Notes: a model not told the origin generated them from the letters alone. A DNA stretch of 64,000 nt from Octopus vulgaris (GCA_951406725.2 OX597816.1:147374001-147438000), one strand, 5' to 3'. Shown: positions 39,421 through 54,619, counted from the stretch's first letter. Numbers and translations: made by a program.

Positions 39421-42400
39421 ACTGTGACAGCTATGATAACTGCCTATGAACTAAGTTTCTTTATACAGACTGCATTGCTCTCCCATCTTGTATACCTTAA
39501 TATTACACTCGACTTACCTTTTTCAATGTCTTGATGAAAGAGTGCTCACTAACCAACTCTTTTAAGACAGTAGTGTATTCTAAATCTTTATATGTGCCAC
39601 TCCGTTTTTTTTAATTGATAGCTATCTTCTTAATTAAATCCTACATTTAGACTTCTCAAATCTTCTACAATTTGCATATATTACAAAGTTCATGTAAGAA
39701 CAACAGAATATATGCAAATTAGAAAGCATGGAAATATACTGTTCTGGGTAGGTGGAAACACATGCTACAGGACGCTACCAAAAGAAAAGGAACGAGGACA
39801 GAATGTACAATTAAGGGACCAAATTGAGACAAAAATACTTAAAGCTTTTACAGTGATGTACAATCAATACCTTAGATCCATGATGATCTATGTTAATCAT
39901 ACGTTGGTCCTAATGCCTTCACACAAAATGCACTCAGCAAGAGGTACATGAACAAACTATATATCATACCAGGTTATTTACAGACTATGAACATTGATCA
40001 CTGGCAGAGTGAAATAAATACTAAGAAGGAAACTACAATATTGCATTAACTCCTTCTCTAGCCTCAAACACTGATAAAGTGTGTTCTCTAACGGAGCCTA
40101 TTTTCCATTGTGTATTACAGTCTTTTAGCTATAGTTACTGCAACTCTCTTAGTTCATGGCTCTATGTGAAAATTCGCTCCAGACATGCATGGATATTACA
40201 TATCACAGTACTTGTTGCACATTATACTCAAACTACAATGTCTCCAACTTGACACACATAAAAATTAATGAAACAATGCACATAAAAGTTTTTTGTCCCA
40301 ATGAGCTCGCATTCTCCCAAAACTATGTTAAAATCATGTCTCTACCAAAAAAATACTGATGATCAGTAGCGTTTAAACTGAAGCCACTAACACACAGTTC
40401 ATCTGCAAATAAAAAATTGCAAAGTCTTCAACATCCGTACTGTTAGAATCTACTACATATAAATTGTTACAGTCATATCAGAAAATACAACGTAATGGTC
40501 GCCAAGGAGGAGGCATTATATAACACCGATGCGTGAGTCGTGCCATATTGTTCGATCGATTACCTGCTTCTTGTGGTTCAGTTTCATAACAACTGCGCTG
40601 GAGCAATGCAACAAGAGAAAGTCCCTATCTCTTATCAATGAGCTACCTTGAAACAAGTCCTCCCTGAAATGTATATTTTCTCAATGTTGTTGCATCGATT
40701 AGACCCGAAAATCTATGAGTATCTTTTATTGCAGCTTCATATATTCCACTTTGCAAAACTTCTGATATATCATGCTTCCCTCTTTATTGACAGAAATTAT
40801 TCCACCTTGATAAACGATTGATGCTTTACAGCACTCCACTGAATCGTACATTTTAAATTACTTAAAAGATGTAATATAGATAATAAGACTACTGACACAG
40901 TATTAAACCTTCCAGGTCTCATCAGAAATCTGCGCGTCGATAAATATTAACTCGGCAACACGCTTCAATTACTACCAAATATACCTCTATACAACACTCT
41001 AAAGGTCTGAAGTAGCCCTTGCACTGAAGAAATACGTCATGCCTATATATGTTCGTATCGCTATGCTCGTCATTCCTCTTCTCCACTGTTAAACACACCT
41101 TTACTTCAGTATCATCTAAAATCTCAAACTCTTCCTCTTTTCTCTTATACACTCTGACCATCCGATTTCAAATTGAAACACTGCTCAACACACGTACCCG
41201 CACGCGCGCATACACACACATGCACACTTATACACATACACACAGACTCATACCCGCATTCATCTCCAGAGTCTGTAAATATCACTCTCAGTCATTCTTT
41301 ATTTATCAAATAATTAGACTGTCTCCTGTCTCTTTCTGTCGTTAGCAAATACTTATAGCAATATTACGTAGAGACATAGGCACACTTATAAGAATGTAAA
41401 ATTTCCTCTTGCCTGGCTATTTTGTGAATTGCTTGGAACAACAGTAATGATATCGTGGATTGGCTCCACTACATCTAAAATCACCCAAGACAAGCTTTAT
41501 GTCACAACGACGCCCTCTATCATTTTATTCCAAATAAAGGGCGCCAAGACAAGCAAAGCAAAAAAATTGCACTCATATATGGTACATGTTTCTTAACTGA
41601 TTCTTCTCGTACCAACATTTAGAGCGTGCGTAAATGTTACAATAATGAAAATAACGAACTAATAGCTGTGTACTCTGTTACAATAATACATTGATATTTG
41701 CGCAATTGATCCTAATATAAAATATTTTCTTCTTGCGTTAATAAACTCATCATATACCAATAAAAGCCATTACGAATTCTTCTTACTTTAAAATAAATGT
41801 TGCAATATGATGACAAATAGTAGATAGTGAATTTGATTTCACTGAATGCAATAATTTTGTACTACAATTCTAGAATCTGAGAACCTTCAACCAACTTTAA
41901 AATACCTGTTGTAAATAAGGTGAGAACGGATCTCCGTATTTATGCGAGATCCTTTACATCGTCAGTTCTAATTTTGAAAAGGTTAATTTTCTTTTTTGTT
42001 CGTCTGGTCAATAATATAGTACTTGTCCATGTACTTGAGCCGCTTTCACTAATTATATTTCTTTTATACAAATTACTTGAATCTAAGAAAACTTGATTTT
42101 CTCCTCTAATGGCAGTGAGTTGTCAGATATTGCGGATCATTACATTCAATGAATAAGAGATTTAATTTAGCTCCACTACTTTCTGCTCACTTTAAAGGTC
42201 GATATTGCTTTTCATCTCAGTGAGAAGGAGAAAATAAGTATTAATAAGTTGCTGTGGTTCGTTTATTCAAAGGTAGCAATCCACTGCAAAATTTAACTTT
42301 CTTTATATCAAAAGTAATCACTATAGTTACACGCTTGTAAGGAGCGAGAAGTAAGATATCCATTAGTCGATAACTTAACGCGATAAAGATTCTCAGTTGA

Positions 42401-43239
42401 AGCCAATTCAGTTACAATTCTTTATTTAATATCTGGAAAATACTTCAGTATTTAATCATACTTATGGAACATTTCACAAATGTTGTTCTCTTTTTCTTTA
42501 TTCCAAGGAAACCCCTATAGTTAATGTCTTCATAAACTAAATTCTACGTTGAAGCACCATTACAAAGCGTTGCTTGCTGATAATTTCGGTCATTCACACT
42601 GAGTTTCGTGATACGGGTATTCGCGACATGTATGTTGACGGTGCCGCATACACAATCAAATATACCTATCGATATTTTAAAATTATCACACGCGAATGGC
42701 CCGCCGGTAATGACGCATTTCTCAAGATTTTTTTAAATTTCTCTCTTACTTGAAAAGGCGCCTATTTCCCGAAAATTAATGGGATCATTTAACAACTTAG
42801 TAAGGCAGTTCTCTCAATTTTCCCTTATTAACGTCACCTTAGATATTTGTCTTAACTTCTTACTCACATTGCTCAAGAGTTCTTCCAAACGTATCGAATT
42901 AAAAATTAAGTATATTGCTAACAGCATGTGGCACTCTGTAGCACATGCAAGCTACTGTATCAAGCCTATCAAATTACCTTCCTGAACCGAATAAATTTTG
43001 AATGGGAATAGAGCAAAAAATAAAGCATTTATTATCATTCCATTTCCTCTACATTTGTTATAATTCTAGAACTAAAATACTGAAATAGCAAGTTTTACTA
43101 AAGTAAAATTCCAATTCCATATATCAGAAAATATGGAAAAATTATTTGATAAATATTTGACAGTAACATACGCTACAATCTATAAATAAACAGGTTGTGC
43201 CTGTTTATTTACTTTAGGGGTTTTAATCATAAAGAAGTA

Positions 43240-44095
43240 TCATAGGTAGTCGAGGAGCATGATGACATACTAAATCTACAGAACGATTTGAATGCAATAT
43301 TTAAATGGGTTAATGAAAATAACATGCAGCACGATGTCGAAAAGGTTCAACCACCCCATTATCGGCCCACAAACAAGTTACAATCGGAATGTATACGACC
43401 AGTAGACGAGCAATCCCAAAGCCGTGGCGTGATCTAAGAACCTACATGAGCAATAATGCAACATTTTGTGTATATTTCCAAGATGGCAACACTGCAGGAG
43501 AGTAGCTACATGGATACTGAGATTATTCAGAATCAGGTAAAATGACTTCATGCTACTTCTATGAATAACTTTCTTACTTAGTCAAGAGGATTACTGTTCC
43601 CATCTGGGGTCACCGCAGAACGGCTAACGGATGGCGGAATTCAAGGTAATCCAATGCTTCTACACTAAAATTCAACCAGTGCAAAGGATGATCAACTTGG
43701 AGAGGTTAAAGGAATTGAAGCTATACCCCTAAAGAGAAGACGTGGAAGATATGCAGTTAAATACACTTGGAGATTCTGAAAAGATGAGCTCCCAAATTTG
43801 ATAGTGAAAGCTATACTAACCACTGAATTGCACGGCACTGCACGGTATCAAATCTCCTCTATTCACCATGAAGAATAAGACCCCAGTACTGCAACAGCTT
43901 GAGTTTCAATGGTCCACAACTATTCAACATTCTGCCAAACAGTTATTTGCAAGGTGTAGACGTGGAGGTTTTTGGCAAAAAAAACAGGGCAATTTTTCAT
44001 CTCAGATACCAGATAAGTCTCATCAGGGCAGGAGAGAGAAGAAACCGATAGAATAAGTACTGAGTTCGACAATATGAGTAATTCCATCCAATTCT
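43240..44095 (+). mobile_element. Decayed CR1-group LINE, RT domain to 3' end
   Basis: Fragments NDLNAIFKWVNENNMQ, DYCSHL, LERLKELKLY, NSLSFNGPQLFNILP and SQIPD in the expected order. Similar type to the LINE end at 6-240. Confidence 0.75.
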
Positions 44096-44270
44096 CTACA
44101 TCATATATATATATATGTATATATACATGTGTGTGTGTGTGTGGTGTATGTATATATAAGTTTGAGTGTATATATATGTATGCATATATATACATTTATA
44201 TGCAAATATATACATATATATATACATACATACATACATATATATACATACATACATATATACATACATG

Positions 44271-44316
<46 letters not shown>

Positions 44317-44317
<1 letters not shown>

Positions 44318-44381
44318 GTTAGACTAATAGATCTGTTTGATGTTTACACATCCGTCTTCGTCTTTTGCTTTTTGTAAATTC

Positions 44382-44429
<48 letters not shown>

Positions 44430-44830
44430 GAATTTACAAAAAGCAAAAGACGAAGACGGATGTGTAAACATCAAACAGATCTTGTATTGTTACGTGGTTA
44501 CATTTTTGGGAATTTGCAATCGATTTAAATTAAATCTAATACATTATTTATATTTACTTCAACGAGTAAATGAAATTATATAAATGAGTTGGTTCTAGCC
44601 TAGTTTGTTATCCCTAATTATAGCATGCAAAGCGGCGAGCTGGCAATAATCGTTAGCATGCTGGACAACGCTCGGGAAGTGAGAAAGTCTTTTACGCTCT
44701 TCTACAGAGAGGAACACAGAAATAAACAGGGAGATGAAATAGAAAAAGGTTTAGTGGTTACTGATCTATCATGGCGAATGCCGGACATACATGCATATAC
44801 GGGTTCACGACGTCACCAACGGTGAAAATA
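44317..44830. mobile_element. Penelope-pLTR-like element with a 154-bp perfect palindrome around (TA)20, interrupted by a 190-bp locally copied segment
   Basis: 44329-44385 is the exact reverse complement of 44426-44482. The element resumes at 44673 on the minus strand and is homologous to 63740-63910. Confidence 0.75.
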
Positions 44831-45997
44831 ACATGAAGTAGTGGTATGAAATCATACCTTTTGTTGTTGCTAATGTGCAGCTCACAAATCAGCTTTGTTG
44901 GAAAAAATCTAAAGAAGCTAAATTCATACCACTGTTTCCCTTTTATTTTCAGATATAACGCATCCCGGTTTACAATAAACTATTAAAAAAAACTTAGAGT
45001 ACTGTTTTTGCGAGATTTTGTGGTTACTTTTAGTAATTCGAGCAACGATTTTACTCTCGACACTTGAATATAAACATTACATCCTTTTGATCTTTTTATT
45101 ATATTTATAACAAACATCATCTATCTATATAAAGAAAATATAGTGATTCATTATAAATATATATCTTGCACACGTTACGAACAGAAAAGTATAGAGAAAT
45201 CAGACGCAGCTTCCTCAACGTTCTCCAAAGTCTCTATCGATACGTATTGCTGAAAGAAAAAAAGAAATAAACTAATTAATATCATAGAACCTGCTAACCA
45301 TATAAGATACAAAAGAAAGATCTTAGAAAATTAAATGATAGAAGTCTGCGACAATTCTTGTACTAAAATATCTTCCCGCTAACCATTTGGCACTCAAAAG
45401 AGAAATCTTATGAAATGAAATGAGGTACATGTACGCCAAACTTTAAAAATATATTTGAAAAAATTTATATTATGTGATTGTAATAGAAACCTGAAAGAAG
45501 CAGACTATACGTAAGGTATATTATTTCCGATTGATTAAGCAGCAATGTAGTTTACTTATTTATCTAAATACGATTCTGTGAGATAATCCTACAAGAAACA
45601 GAACTGCCAGAAGATCTTTAACAATCTAAAGAGAAAATAACACACAAGGTAATGAATTACTGTGAATATATTAAGATATAAAAAAACGAGGCATATGTGT
45701 ACTTTTAATGTATTATGTAACAATAACGCATAAAAAAGATTTGCTTCTTAGTGCACTAAAACTATATTTTCCAAAAACTTGTTTTAATTTCTACAATGTT
45801 TACATATTATACAAAATACAATTTTAGTGTTTCATGCATTTCTTGTATTGTTACGTGGTTACATGTTTTGGAAACGGGAATTTGCAATCGATTTAAATTA
45901 ATTCTGATACATTGTTTATATTTACTTCAACGAGTAAATGAAATTACATAAATGAGTTGGTTCTAGCCTAGTTTGTTATCGCTATTTATAGCATGCA

Positions 45998-46210
45998 AAG
46001 CGGCGAGCTGGCAATAATCGTTAGCATGCTGGACAACGCTTAGTGGCATTTTGCCTATTTCTACGTTGAGTTCAAATCCAGTGGAGGTCGGCATCACCTT
46101 TCATCCTCTCGGGATCGATATGTTAATTACCTGTTATGTGCTGGGATCAATGTAATCGACTAGCATTCTTCCCCAATTTTCTGTTCTTATCCCTGTTGGT
46201 AGGAGGATTG
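45998..46210 (+). mobile_element. SINE family B, degenerate
   Basis: gcggcgagctggcaataatcgttagcatgctgg...gagttcaaat...cctttcatcctctcgggatcgat. Confidence 0.75.
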
Positions 46211-47119
46211 TTTGTAGCATGGTTTTTAAGGCTTAATGTCGGACGAGGATTTTCTTTTATACATATGTTAATTAACGACCACTTTAATACTGCGTGACAT
46301 GCAGGGATTTTAATGCAAGCTAATAATCAGGTGTACTACCCAAATTTGGATTTCGTTAACTGTGCGTGAATGTGAGAATTGATAGTAAAGCAAACTGTCA
46401 TCGGGACATTGAATACATTCTATAAACTATTGAACATAGGGTTGTAATGTTTCATCTTTGTGATATAATGATACGATTTTTAAGTAATAGTTCACCACGT
46501 TCTGACTTAAATTCGTTCCAGGTTCGTCTTACATTGTGTGTCTGTCAAGAATTAATATTATAATCATAATTTAGTGTTTGAATTGCATAATTGATGGTGG
46601 TTGTCTTTTGATTAAATTCGTTTCAGTAAACTATTACGTTTTATAGATGTGACCATGCATACTTCAACATGAAATTACGGCTTTGTATATGTGGCCGTGG
46701 ATAAGAGTAATCGTTGAACAACGGACCAGTAAGTCTGAAATATGTAGTTAAATCCATGTCAGATTTGATTTAGAATTTTATCATTCTGTGGGTGGATAGA
46801 AAAAGTACTGTGATGCAATCAAGCACATAACTGTGTCACTCCTCTCCCTCATGTTGTGCTTTTGTACATGTGTTTTATTTACATTATTGTCATCGTTGAT
46901 AACATATACAGAAAGCCACAAAATTATGGGAGGAAATGTGTATGCGATTACATTAGAGCCCATGCTAGAGTGGTATTTTATTTTATCCTGCCAGGACGGA
47001 GAAAAGTCGTAATATTTCGGAGGTGTTTTAATACAGCAACTTTTCGCACGTGGTCAAATATAGCGAGGCATTTTATCCAATTCTCTAACAATTTTGTCAA
47101 TACCTTTCCAATATTTTTT

Positions 47120-47329
47120 ATATCTTAGGCACAAGGCCCGAAATTTTTGTGAAAGGGGCCAGTCGATTAGATCGACTCCACTACGCAACTGGTACTTAAT
47201 TTATCGACCGCAAAGGAATGAAAGGCAAAGTCTACCTCGGCAGAATTTAAACTCAGAACGTAAAGACAGACGAAATAACGCTAAGCATTTCGCCCGGCGA
47301 GCTAACGTTTCTGCCAGCTCACCGCCTTA
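47120..47329 (-). mobile_element. SINE family B, near full length
   Basis: aggcacaaggcccgaaattt...aatttatcgacc...gcatttcgcccggc...ctgccagctcaccgcc. Confidence 0.85.
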
Positions 47330-48389
47330 AGCGTTTCCAATATTATCAATATAAATACTTCTTTCTAACTTCGGTACACGGCTATCAATTTTTGAGGGGG
47401 TGGGATAGTCGAATGAAAGGTTACGACTATTTTTCAACACTTTATGACCATTTTTCAACTCCTGACACTGTTTCAACTGCAAATGATGTTCTTGTGGAGG
47501 TTTGTCATATGTAACTTCTGATTGAATAGACGTATTATAAACTCAATTCCAGAAATGATAATACCATCCTTCATTCATATATGTTCTTCTCAGGACTATA
47601 TTAACTGATGTGCCTGTATGTATTTTAAGACCAGAGAGGGCACTTGAAGATTTGCCTGTTAATTTCACCAAAATGAGCATTTGACACGTAACTTTCGTAT
47701 TATGTCAATTATACACTTCTTCAAAATATTCTTAATTTCTGAAGTCTTATGATGTAATATGGTTACATTTCAATGAAAATGTAAAAATAAGGCAGCGTAT
47801 ATCGAGCTAACTCCTAAATTTTATAGATAAAGTTTTTCAAAAAAGTTAAAAAAGCTAACGTTTGTCAGCGAGTGAATAAATTTTCTTTTTTTAAATGATA
47901 TACTGTATGAGGAAAATTTGACAAAATGATTGAGAAAATACTTATTGGATGAAAGTAATTGGCAAGGCAGAATGTATGCGTTCGGATGCGAGTGTGAACA
48001 CAATTCCCATTGACAAATTGAATTGATATGTATTTTAACATGAATACCTCAGCGAATTTGTACAAAAGTTATATTCCATTTCAATCGGGCGCTGAATTTG
48101 ATCATTTCAGATATGTTTCTATCTCAGACTTTCTCAGAAACTTTCTCTCTCTTTGACTCGCTTTCTATTCTATCTCCTCTTCCTCCTCCTCCTCCTCCTC
48201 CTTCTTTTCTCTCTCTCTCTCTCTCTCTCTCGAATAGTTACATGTCCTTCCTGTATGAATGTATCAAAATGTCATCTACTTGTCAATCTGTCGAACCGTC
48301 TATTCACTTACATTTATTATATCTCTTTCAAGTTCCCTTCGTCACTTGGTCTTTCTGAACATATGTAACTGTGTGCACACACACACACA

Positions 48390-48430
<41 letters not shown>

Positions 48431-48844
48431 TTACGTGGGGTGGGAGGTGTATATCGATGCATTTGTCTGCACATGACATTCTCCGTAAAAGGGAAGAAAG
48501 CCATTCAATATTTTTATGATCAAAGGAACGGATCAACATTTCATTTTTACTCTACTTCCACCAAATAGGAAAAACAGGTTCCACAGCATTCTGCCACGAG
48601 TACAAAACTGACATGTCATTCCACTCTTAGATACAACACCTGCTAATGCTGTTTCCCCCATCTCTCTCTCACTTTCTCCCCCTCTCTCTCTCTCTGTCAT
48701 TTTTGATCTGCTCCTTACACATTTCACTGACAAAATTTTCAATTTACCCAATAAGATCTATGATCAAATATATGTTCCACAAATATTATTTACATTTTCT
48801 CTCCTATATTTCATCTATATTTCTCTTTGTCTCTTTCCCGCACC

Positions 48845-48900
<56 letters not shown>

Positions 48901-49164
48901 TCAATAATCACACACATTCCGACACATATGCTCACACTGCATAAATGTGGTAGATTTGCAAACCATCAACGTTCAGCCTTACTGAGAAACCTCAAAATTT
49001 TAAGACAAAAGCATGTGAAATGATCGAATTAAGGTGAATTTTCCAACGACAGTCCGACGAGAATAAGTGGGTATTTTTCCAATCCTGTAGACAAATTCCT
49101 CATCCAAATCTGCACAATCTGTTTTTCTTCAGTAAATTAATAGTTAATAATTAGATAGAAGGAA

Positions 49165-49365
49165 TACGGCGAACTAACAAAATCGTTACCATTTCGTCCG
49201 TCTTTAGGTTCTAAGTTCAAATTCCACCGATGTCTAATTTGCCTTTCATCCTTTTTGGGTCAATTAAATAATTATATGTTAGAGATTGGTGTCGATGTAA
49301 TCGACTTGACCCTCACACCACCCACTGGAATTTCTGGCCTTGTGCTAAAATTGGAAACTTATATT
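49165..49365 (+). mobile_element. SINE family B, degenerate
   Basis: gttctaagttcaaattccaccga...gcctttcatcc...gtcgatgtaatcgactt...aatttctggccttgtgc. Confidence 0.65.
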
Positions 49366-50111
49366 AAGAAAGAAGAGGTTAACGAAAGATAACTCCGGCC
49401 CAAGATTTCTGAACCGAGAAAAGTGCTGTATAATCTACAATTGCCACGTGACCATGTGATGTGGAAAACAACTTTTAAAATTATCTATATTAAGTACTTT
49501 CAGCTGTGTTTTGAGGCTCTTCTCCCACTCTTATAATAATATCCCTATTTCATCAAATTCTTTGTTAAGTCTGCGCTACTCCCTGCACAGCTATCATTTA
49601 CCCTGACACTGCGTGTTCCTTGCTGCTGTTTCTGCTGGCACTGCTACCATTCTTAACCGTAAATCAGCCTCGAGTGAACAAACCAAATGCGTTCCGTCTG
49701 AGGTCATACCTATATTTTTAAAACTGTAAGGTGACACGTGAAAAAAATTTAGATGATATCTCAGGCATGTCGATCTGCCAGATTCAGTGCCAATACCTTC
49801 AAGAAAATTTCCATCGTAAATACTCTTCTCACTTGAAATAACATGTTGATCGGCGTGTTGCAACATCACATGTACAGTTACCATTTTAATTACCAAGTAC
49901 ACTGTTGATATGTCGCGAGAAAAATTATTTGTTCGACCAGATGTCAATGAATTAACCATTATATATTACCGAAAAATCGAAATGTTAGACAATATTGTTC
50001 GTTCTGTGGTTTTATTATCTCCTACTGTAGTGGATATCTTAAAACACTCCAGGTTACAGCATCCAATTACGAGCGCAAACGTAAACTGTATTTTCAAATC
50101 GAAAATCTCTC

Positions 50112-50150
<39 letters not shown>

Positions 50151-51580
50151 GTAATCACTATCTAGAAGAGCAGAAATTTGAACATGATATTAGCTGATGA
50201 TATCGACCCCAGTACTCGATGGTTACATTACTTTATCGACTGCAGAAAAATTAAAGGCTAACTTTACTTCGGCGTGATATTACAATATAGTATACAGAAA
50301 CGTAAATAAATACCGCAAGCATTTTGTCTATCACTACTGTTTCTGCTGTTTATGTATGAGTCTTTTATAAGATCATGCATTTGCAGCAAGGACAATGCAA
50401 TGAAATAAAGTCATCCTAGTACTTGTAACCATGAAGCCTGAATAGATGCAATACGAAGCTGAATACAACGGGATACGATCTCATAACATTAAGCGACAAA
50501 ACTAAGCATATTTCGGGATGCTGTATAGCACGCCTCCTCCACTAATAATAATGTTACTGATTCGCTTTAATTCTCGTTAACTCTGTGAATCTGTGAATGC
50601 AAGTATACATACATACATACATACATACGTACATACATACATATATACATGCATGCACAGGTATAGATAAATAGAGATAGATATATAGAGAGAGAGAAAG
50701 AGAGAGAGAGAGGGGAGGCAGGCTGTTACCAGAAGATGTATGCACATATTGAATGATCATGTTTATTAAAATATATTTAATTTTTTTAATTTAAAAAGAA
50801 TCTACAGACAGAAATTTATTTTTTATGAACGATTGTTTTAATTCTGATATCCTTTCTGGTGCAAGAACTGCTGATAACGCGCACCAATGGAATTGCAAAT
50901 ATCAAGCAATGTTTCAACTTTTCATTCGTTACTTGCGCGCATTCCCGTTCAATGGCCGCCCTAAATATTCATCGGTGTTTGCTGGTTTTGTACCGTAAAC
51001 ATTATCTTTTATATATCCCTATAAAAAATTCAAGCGGTGTGAGGATCGGTGAATGCTGCATGTATTCTAAGGAACCTCTTCGACCGATTCCTCAGTTTGG
51101 CAAAGTCTCAAAGTGGGCCATTATATTATCAGGCTGGAAATATAACTCCACATCTTCATATCATTCAAAGGTAGTCTTGAATGCTTGGCATGAGAGATTG
51201 TCGTAGAAAGTTTCAATAAATAAGACCAGATACAAACCCATCAAAACATAATTGTCCAACTGATGATTAGCCACACAATATTCTAACTTCTGATATATTG
51301 ACAAGGTATGCCTAGAATACATGCGCCTGTAGGGGAATAATTTAGCCACTTATTTTAAATTTAGTCTCAACATTGTAAACACTTTTATTTGAAACTGTGC
51401 ATCTTGTACACATTTACACATTTCGGTCAGGATCATTTTCATTGAGAGTATGGACTCTACTTGGAATGTAATTCTTCCAATGACAGAACTTTAAAATTAG
51501 ACGGACGCTTGATTTTTTAAATTCTTGTCGCACGCCTTACTTGCTGCACATATTCTCTTGTACTCAGACAATGTTTCTTA

Positions 51581-51787
51581 TTTCTTTATTGCCCACAAGG
51601 GACTAAACATACAGGGGACAAACAAGGACAGAAAAAGGGATTACATCGTCCCCAGTGCGTAACTGGTACTTAATTTATCGGCCCCGAAGGGATGAAAGGC
51701 GGAATTTGAACTCAGAACGTAACAGCAGACGAAGTACCGCTAAGCATTTCGCCCGGCGCGCTAACGTTACTGCCAGCTCGCCACCTT
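51581..51787 (-). mobile_element. SINE family B
   Basis: tttctttattgcccacaaggg...aactggtacttaatttatcg...gcatttcgcccggcgcgctaacg...gccagctcgcc. Confidence 0.85.
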
Positions 51788-52093
51788 ATACACTACTTAT
51801 ACACTAAACATTACACAAATACTATTTCTACTACTTTTCTTGCTTTGCGGGGATCATCTATGTCCGCAGTCTTCTGGAAAGTTTGTTGTGGATAATTGTA
51901 AACATTTCCCTTTCTAATTCGAGGGATGGTAAGTCGTGTTGGTGGATTTGGTTGAAGTTCCTACCGAAACTCTGCACTTCGATTGCGTTTGCAAACTTCA
52001 ATGGAACTTTAGGATAAATTCCCTTTGTTCAAAGTTTAGTCATGCTGCCTTCTAATGCGTTAAATCTAAAAACGAAATAGTCAACAGCTTGTA

Positions 52094-52250
52094 TGAGAGA
52101 GAAGAGTAGAGAAGGGGAGAGAGAGGCAGAGAGAGGGAGGAAGAGAGGGAGGGAGGGAGGGAGGGAGAGAGAGGAAGGAAGAGAGGGAGAGCAGAGGAGG
52201 GAGTGAGAGAGAGGGAGGGAGAGAAAGGGAGGGAGACAGAGAGAGACAGA
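52094..52250. repeat. Polypurine GA-rich low-complexity tract
   Basis: About 155 bp made almost entirely of G and A on the + strand. Confidence 0.85.
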
Positions 52251-52752
52251 ATATATGTGTATTAAGTTGGAAGTACCATAGGACATTAACGACATTTAAT
52301 ATTGCTGTGAAGGCAGCCCTTATTACTTCATTTTAGGGACCTTAAAAGAAGGTAAGGAATGTGGGAATTTGAACCAAAAATGTTAATAAATATCACAAAT
52401 TGATTACTTCCCGGTTAAACATGATCTAGCAGATTATTATAAAAGGAATGATGTCAGCATTGATCGTTGCGCTTCCGTGTGTATAGGTTTCACTGCATTG
52501 GCTAAAGTATCTTTCATTTTATTATATATATTTTTAAAGGCAGGCTATGGTTTGACAGAGATTTAACTGCTCTTTCTATCTTTGTAACCAATTATTTAAC
52601 AAAAAAAGCCGAACGGTATAGGGCGCCAGTCTCAAACGTCTCAACTTATTTTGTTCACTGCTCTATCGATTATGCAACAATAAGTCTATCAATCATAATT
52701 ATACTACTAGTATTACAACAACAAGAACAACAACTACTACTACTACTACTAC

Positions 52753-52783
<31 letters not shown>

Positions 52784-54455
52784 ATTAATAAGAGGCTATA
52801 TCGTTTTTTTGTTAAATATTAATATCTCCAATATCAAAAATTGAACCAATTACAAAAACATTTTTCCCTTTCTTTTTTTAAATACTACTATATAAAATGC
52901 AATAGTAAAGACTTTGATAAGCTGTCCCCTGCCTCCACCCTGATAACTTGTCTGGGACCACCCACTTTCTCTAATCTCTATGTGTAATTCTACTATATTT
53001 GAAGAATAATTAATTGCAATGTGAATATCATCAGAGTATTCTTGACGCTAATATCGTCTGCGCTCTGCTGGTGGTCAGCAGCTTAAATTTACTTTTGTCA
53101 GCTACGTGGCTATTTAAAAATGATCAATTGAATGTTTTTGTACAATTTCTATGCGGAAATATGTGACAACCTTGGTGCCCCACTCACTAAAATACTTTTT
53201 AATCAGACTTTCAATCAAAATAGACAGACGTTTTAGCGCAACTCAGCGCTGTTGTGTAAATATATTTATTATTAAAGCAAATCTAAATAAAATATGAAAA
53301 TTATCAGGAGACTAAGTACTGGAAGGCTATTTGGAGATTAAGATTTCAAAAACAATCATTGTATATAAAGCTATATGTGCAACAACATAAAACATACAAT
53401 TATTGTATATCTATGGAAACTTTTCTTCTACAGATGTTTAAAAAATTAAACATTGTGTCATTAAATTAAAATTAAATTCCTTTTATTCAGAAAGAAACCG
53501 CCTGCAGTACTGAGTCACCGATTATTATTGAAGCTGATAACACCTGTATTCTAATTATTTTCAGGGTAACAGATCCGACGTTTAAATCTTGTTTTTCGAA
53601 ATTTCTGGTCTTGCACCTAAATCAGAAATCGTTCTTATTAATACTATCTGGTATTTCATGTCTGTATATAAATATTTCATTATTTATGTCATCAGCCAAA
53701 CAAAATTTGATTTGAAAAGCTAGGGTTGTAGCTTTTGAGACTTGAAAGCCAGACATATTTCTCATTAATCGCAACGGGGTAAATATTCCTGTGACACTTA
53801 ATCTATATTTTTTGAGAAGCAGAATGCCTAGTTAAATTTTATAAATGACCATTATTAATTATTGAAAGGTATTTATTACAGTGCTATACCATTCTACCAA
53901 CTTTTGCATTGCATATTTTGACATAGATGAACGAAATGCTACGTTTAAATCAACGAAATTTTAACTCCAAACTGGAAAAACTAAACAACTGGCACGTTTT
54001 TATGGTGTATATATCAACGCTCCTCCACGTTTCTATAAAAATTGTTAATGAATTGTTTACGGTGAAATTGTATATATGTGTTTTTTTTTTTAATTTTGTA
54101 ATTTTTGATGCATTAAGTTTAGATCAACAAGATAAAATTGACTTCATGGAAAAGAATGAATAATCAATAATTTGTTGTTTCTATTCAAGACAATAACGAT
54201 GTTTTGCAATGAAATACTAAAAAGCTATAGTGGTTCGGATTTCCATTTATTCAATTTCACAATTGAAACTTTTGTTTTGTTCCCTGAAAGTATAAATTGA
54301 TCGCTAATTACAAGTATAGAAACCGGAAGACTATTGATGATTATTAAACGCAGAATCACTTTACCCAGCAACAAATAAAATTATAAAAATGTATAGTTCA
54401 ATAAGTCTAAGGAAAGGCATTGATAACAACTGCCTTGTGTTGTATAATAAAACAT

Positions 54456-54504
<49 letters not shown>

Positions 54505-54619
54505 GTGTATATATATATATTTATATTTATATATACATACACATATATACGCACAAATATATACACATGTCAACATATATGTGTATGTATGTATTTGAAG
54601 TATGTGCACTTATAAAAAG

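Noticed and set aside
39950-40900. Possible RTE RT remnant (FLFADE-like motif on the minus strand)
   Set aside because: The motifs are too degraded and out of the expected order to set boundaries or family.
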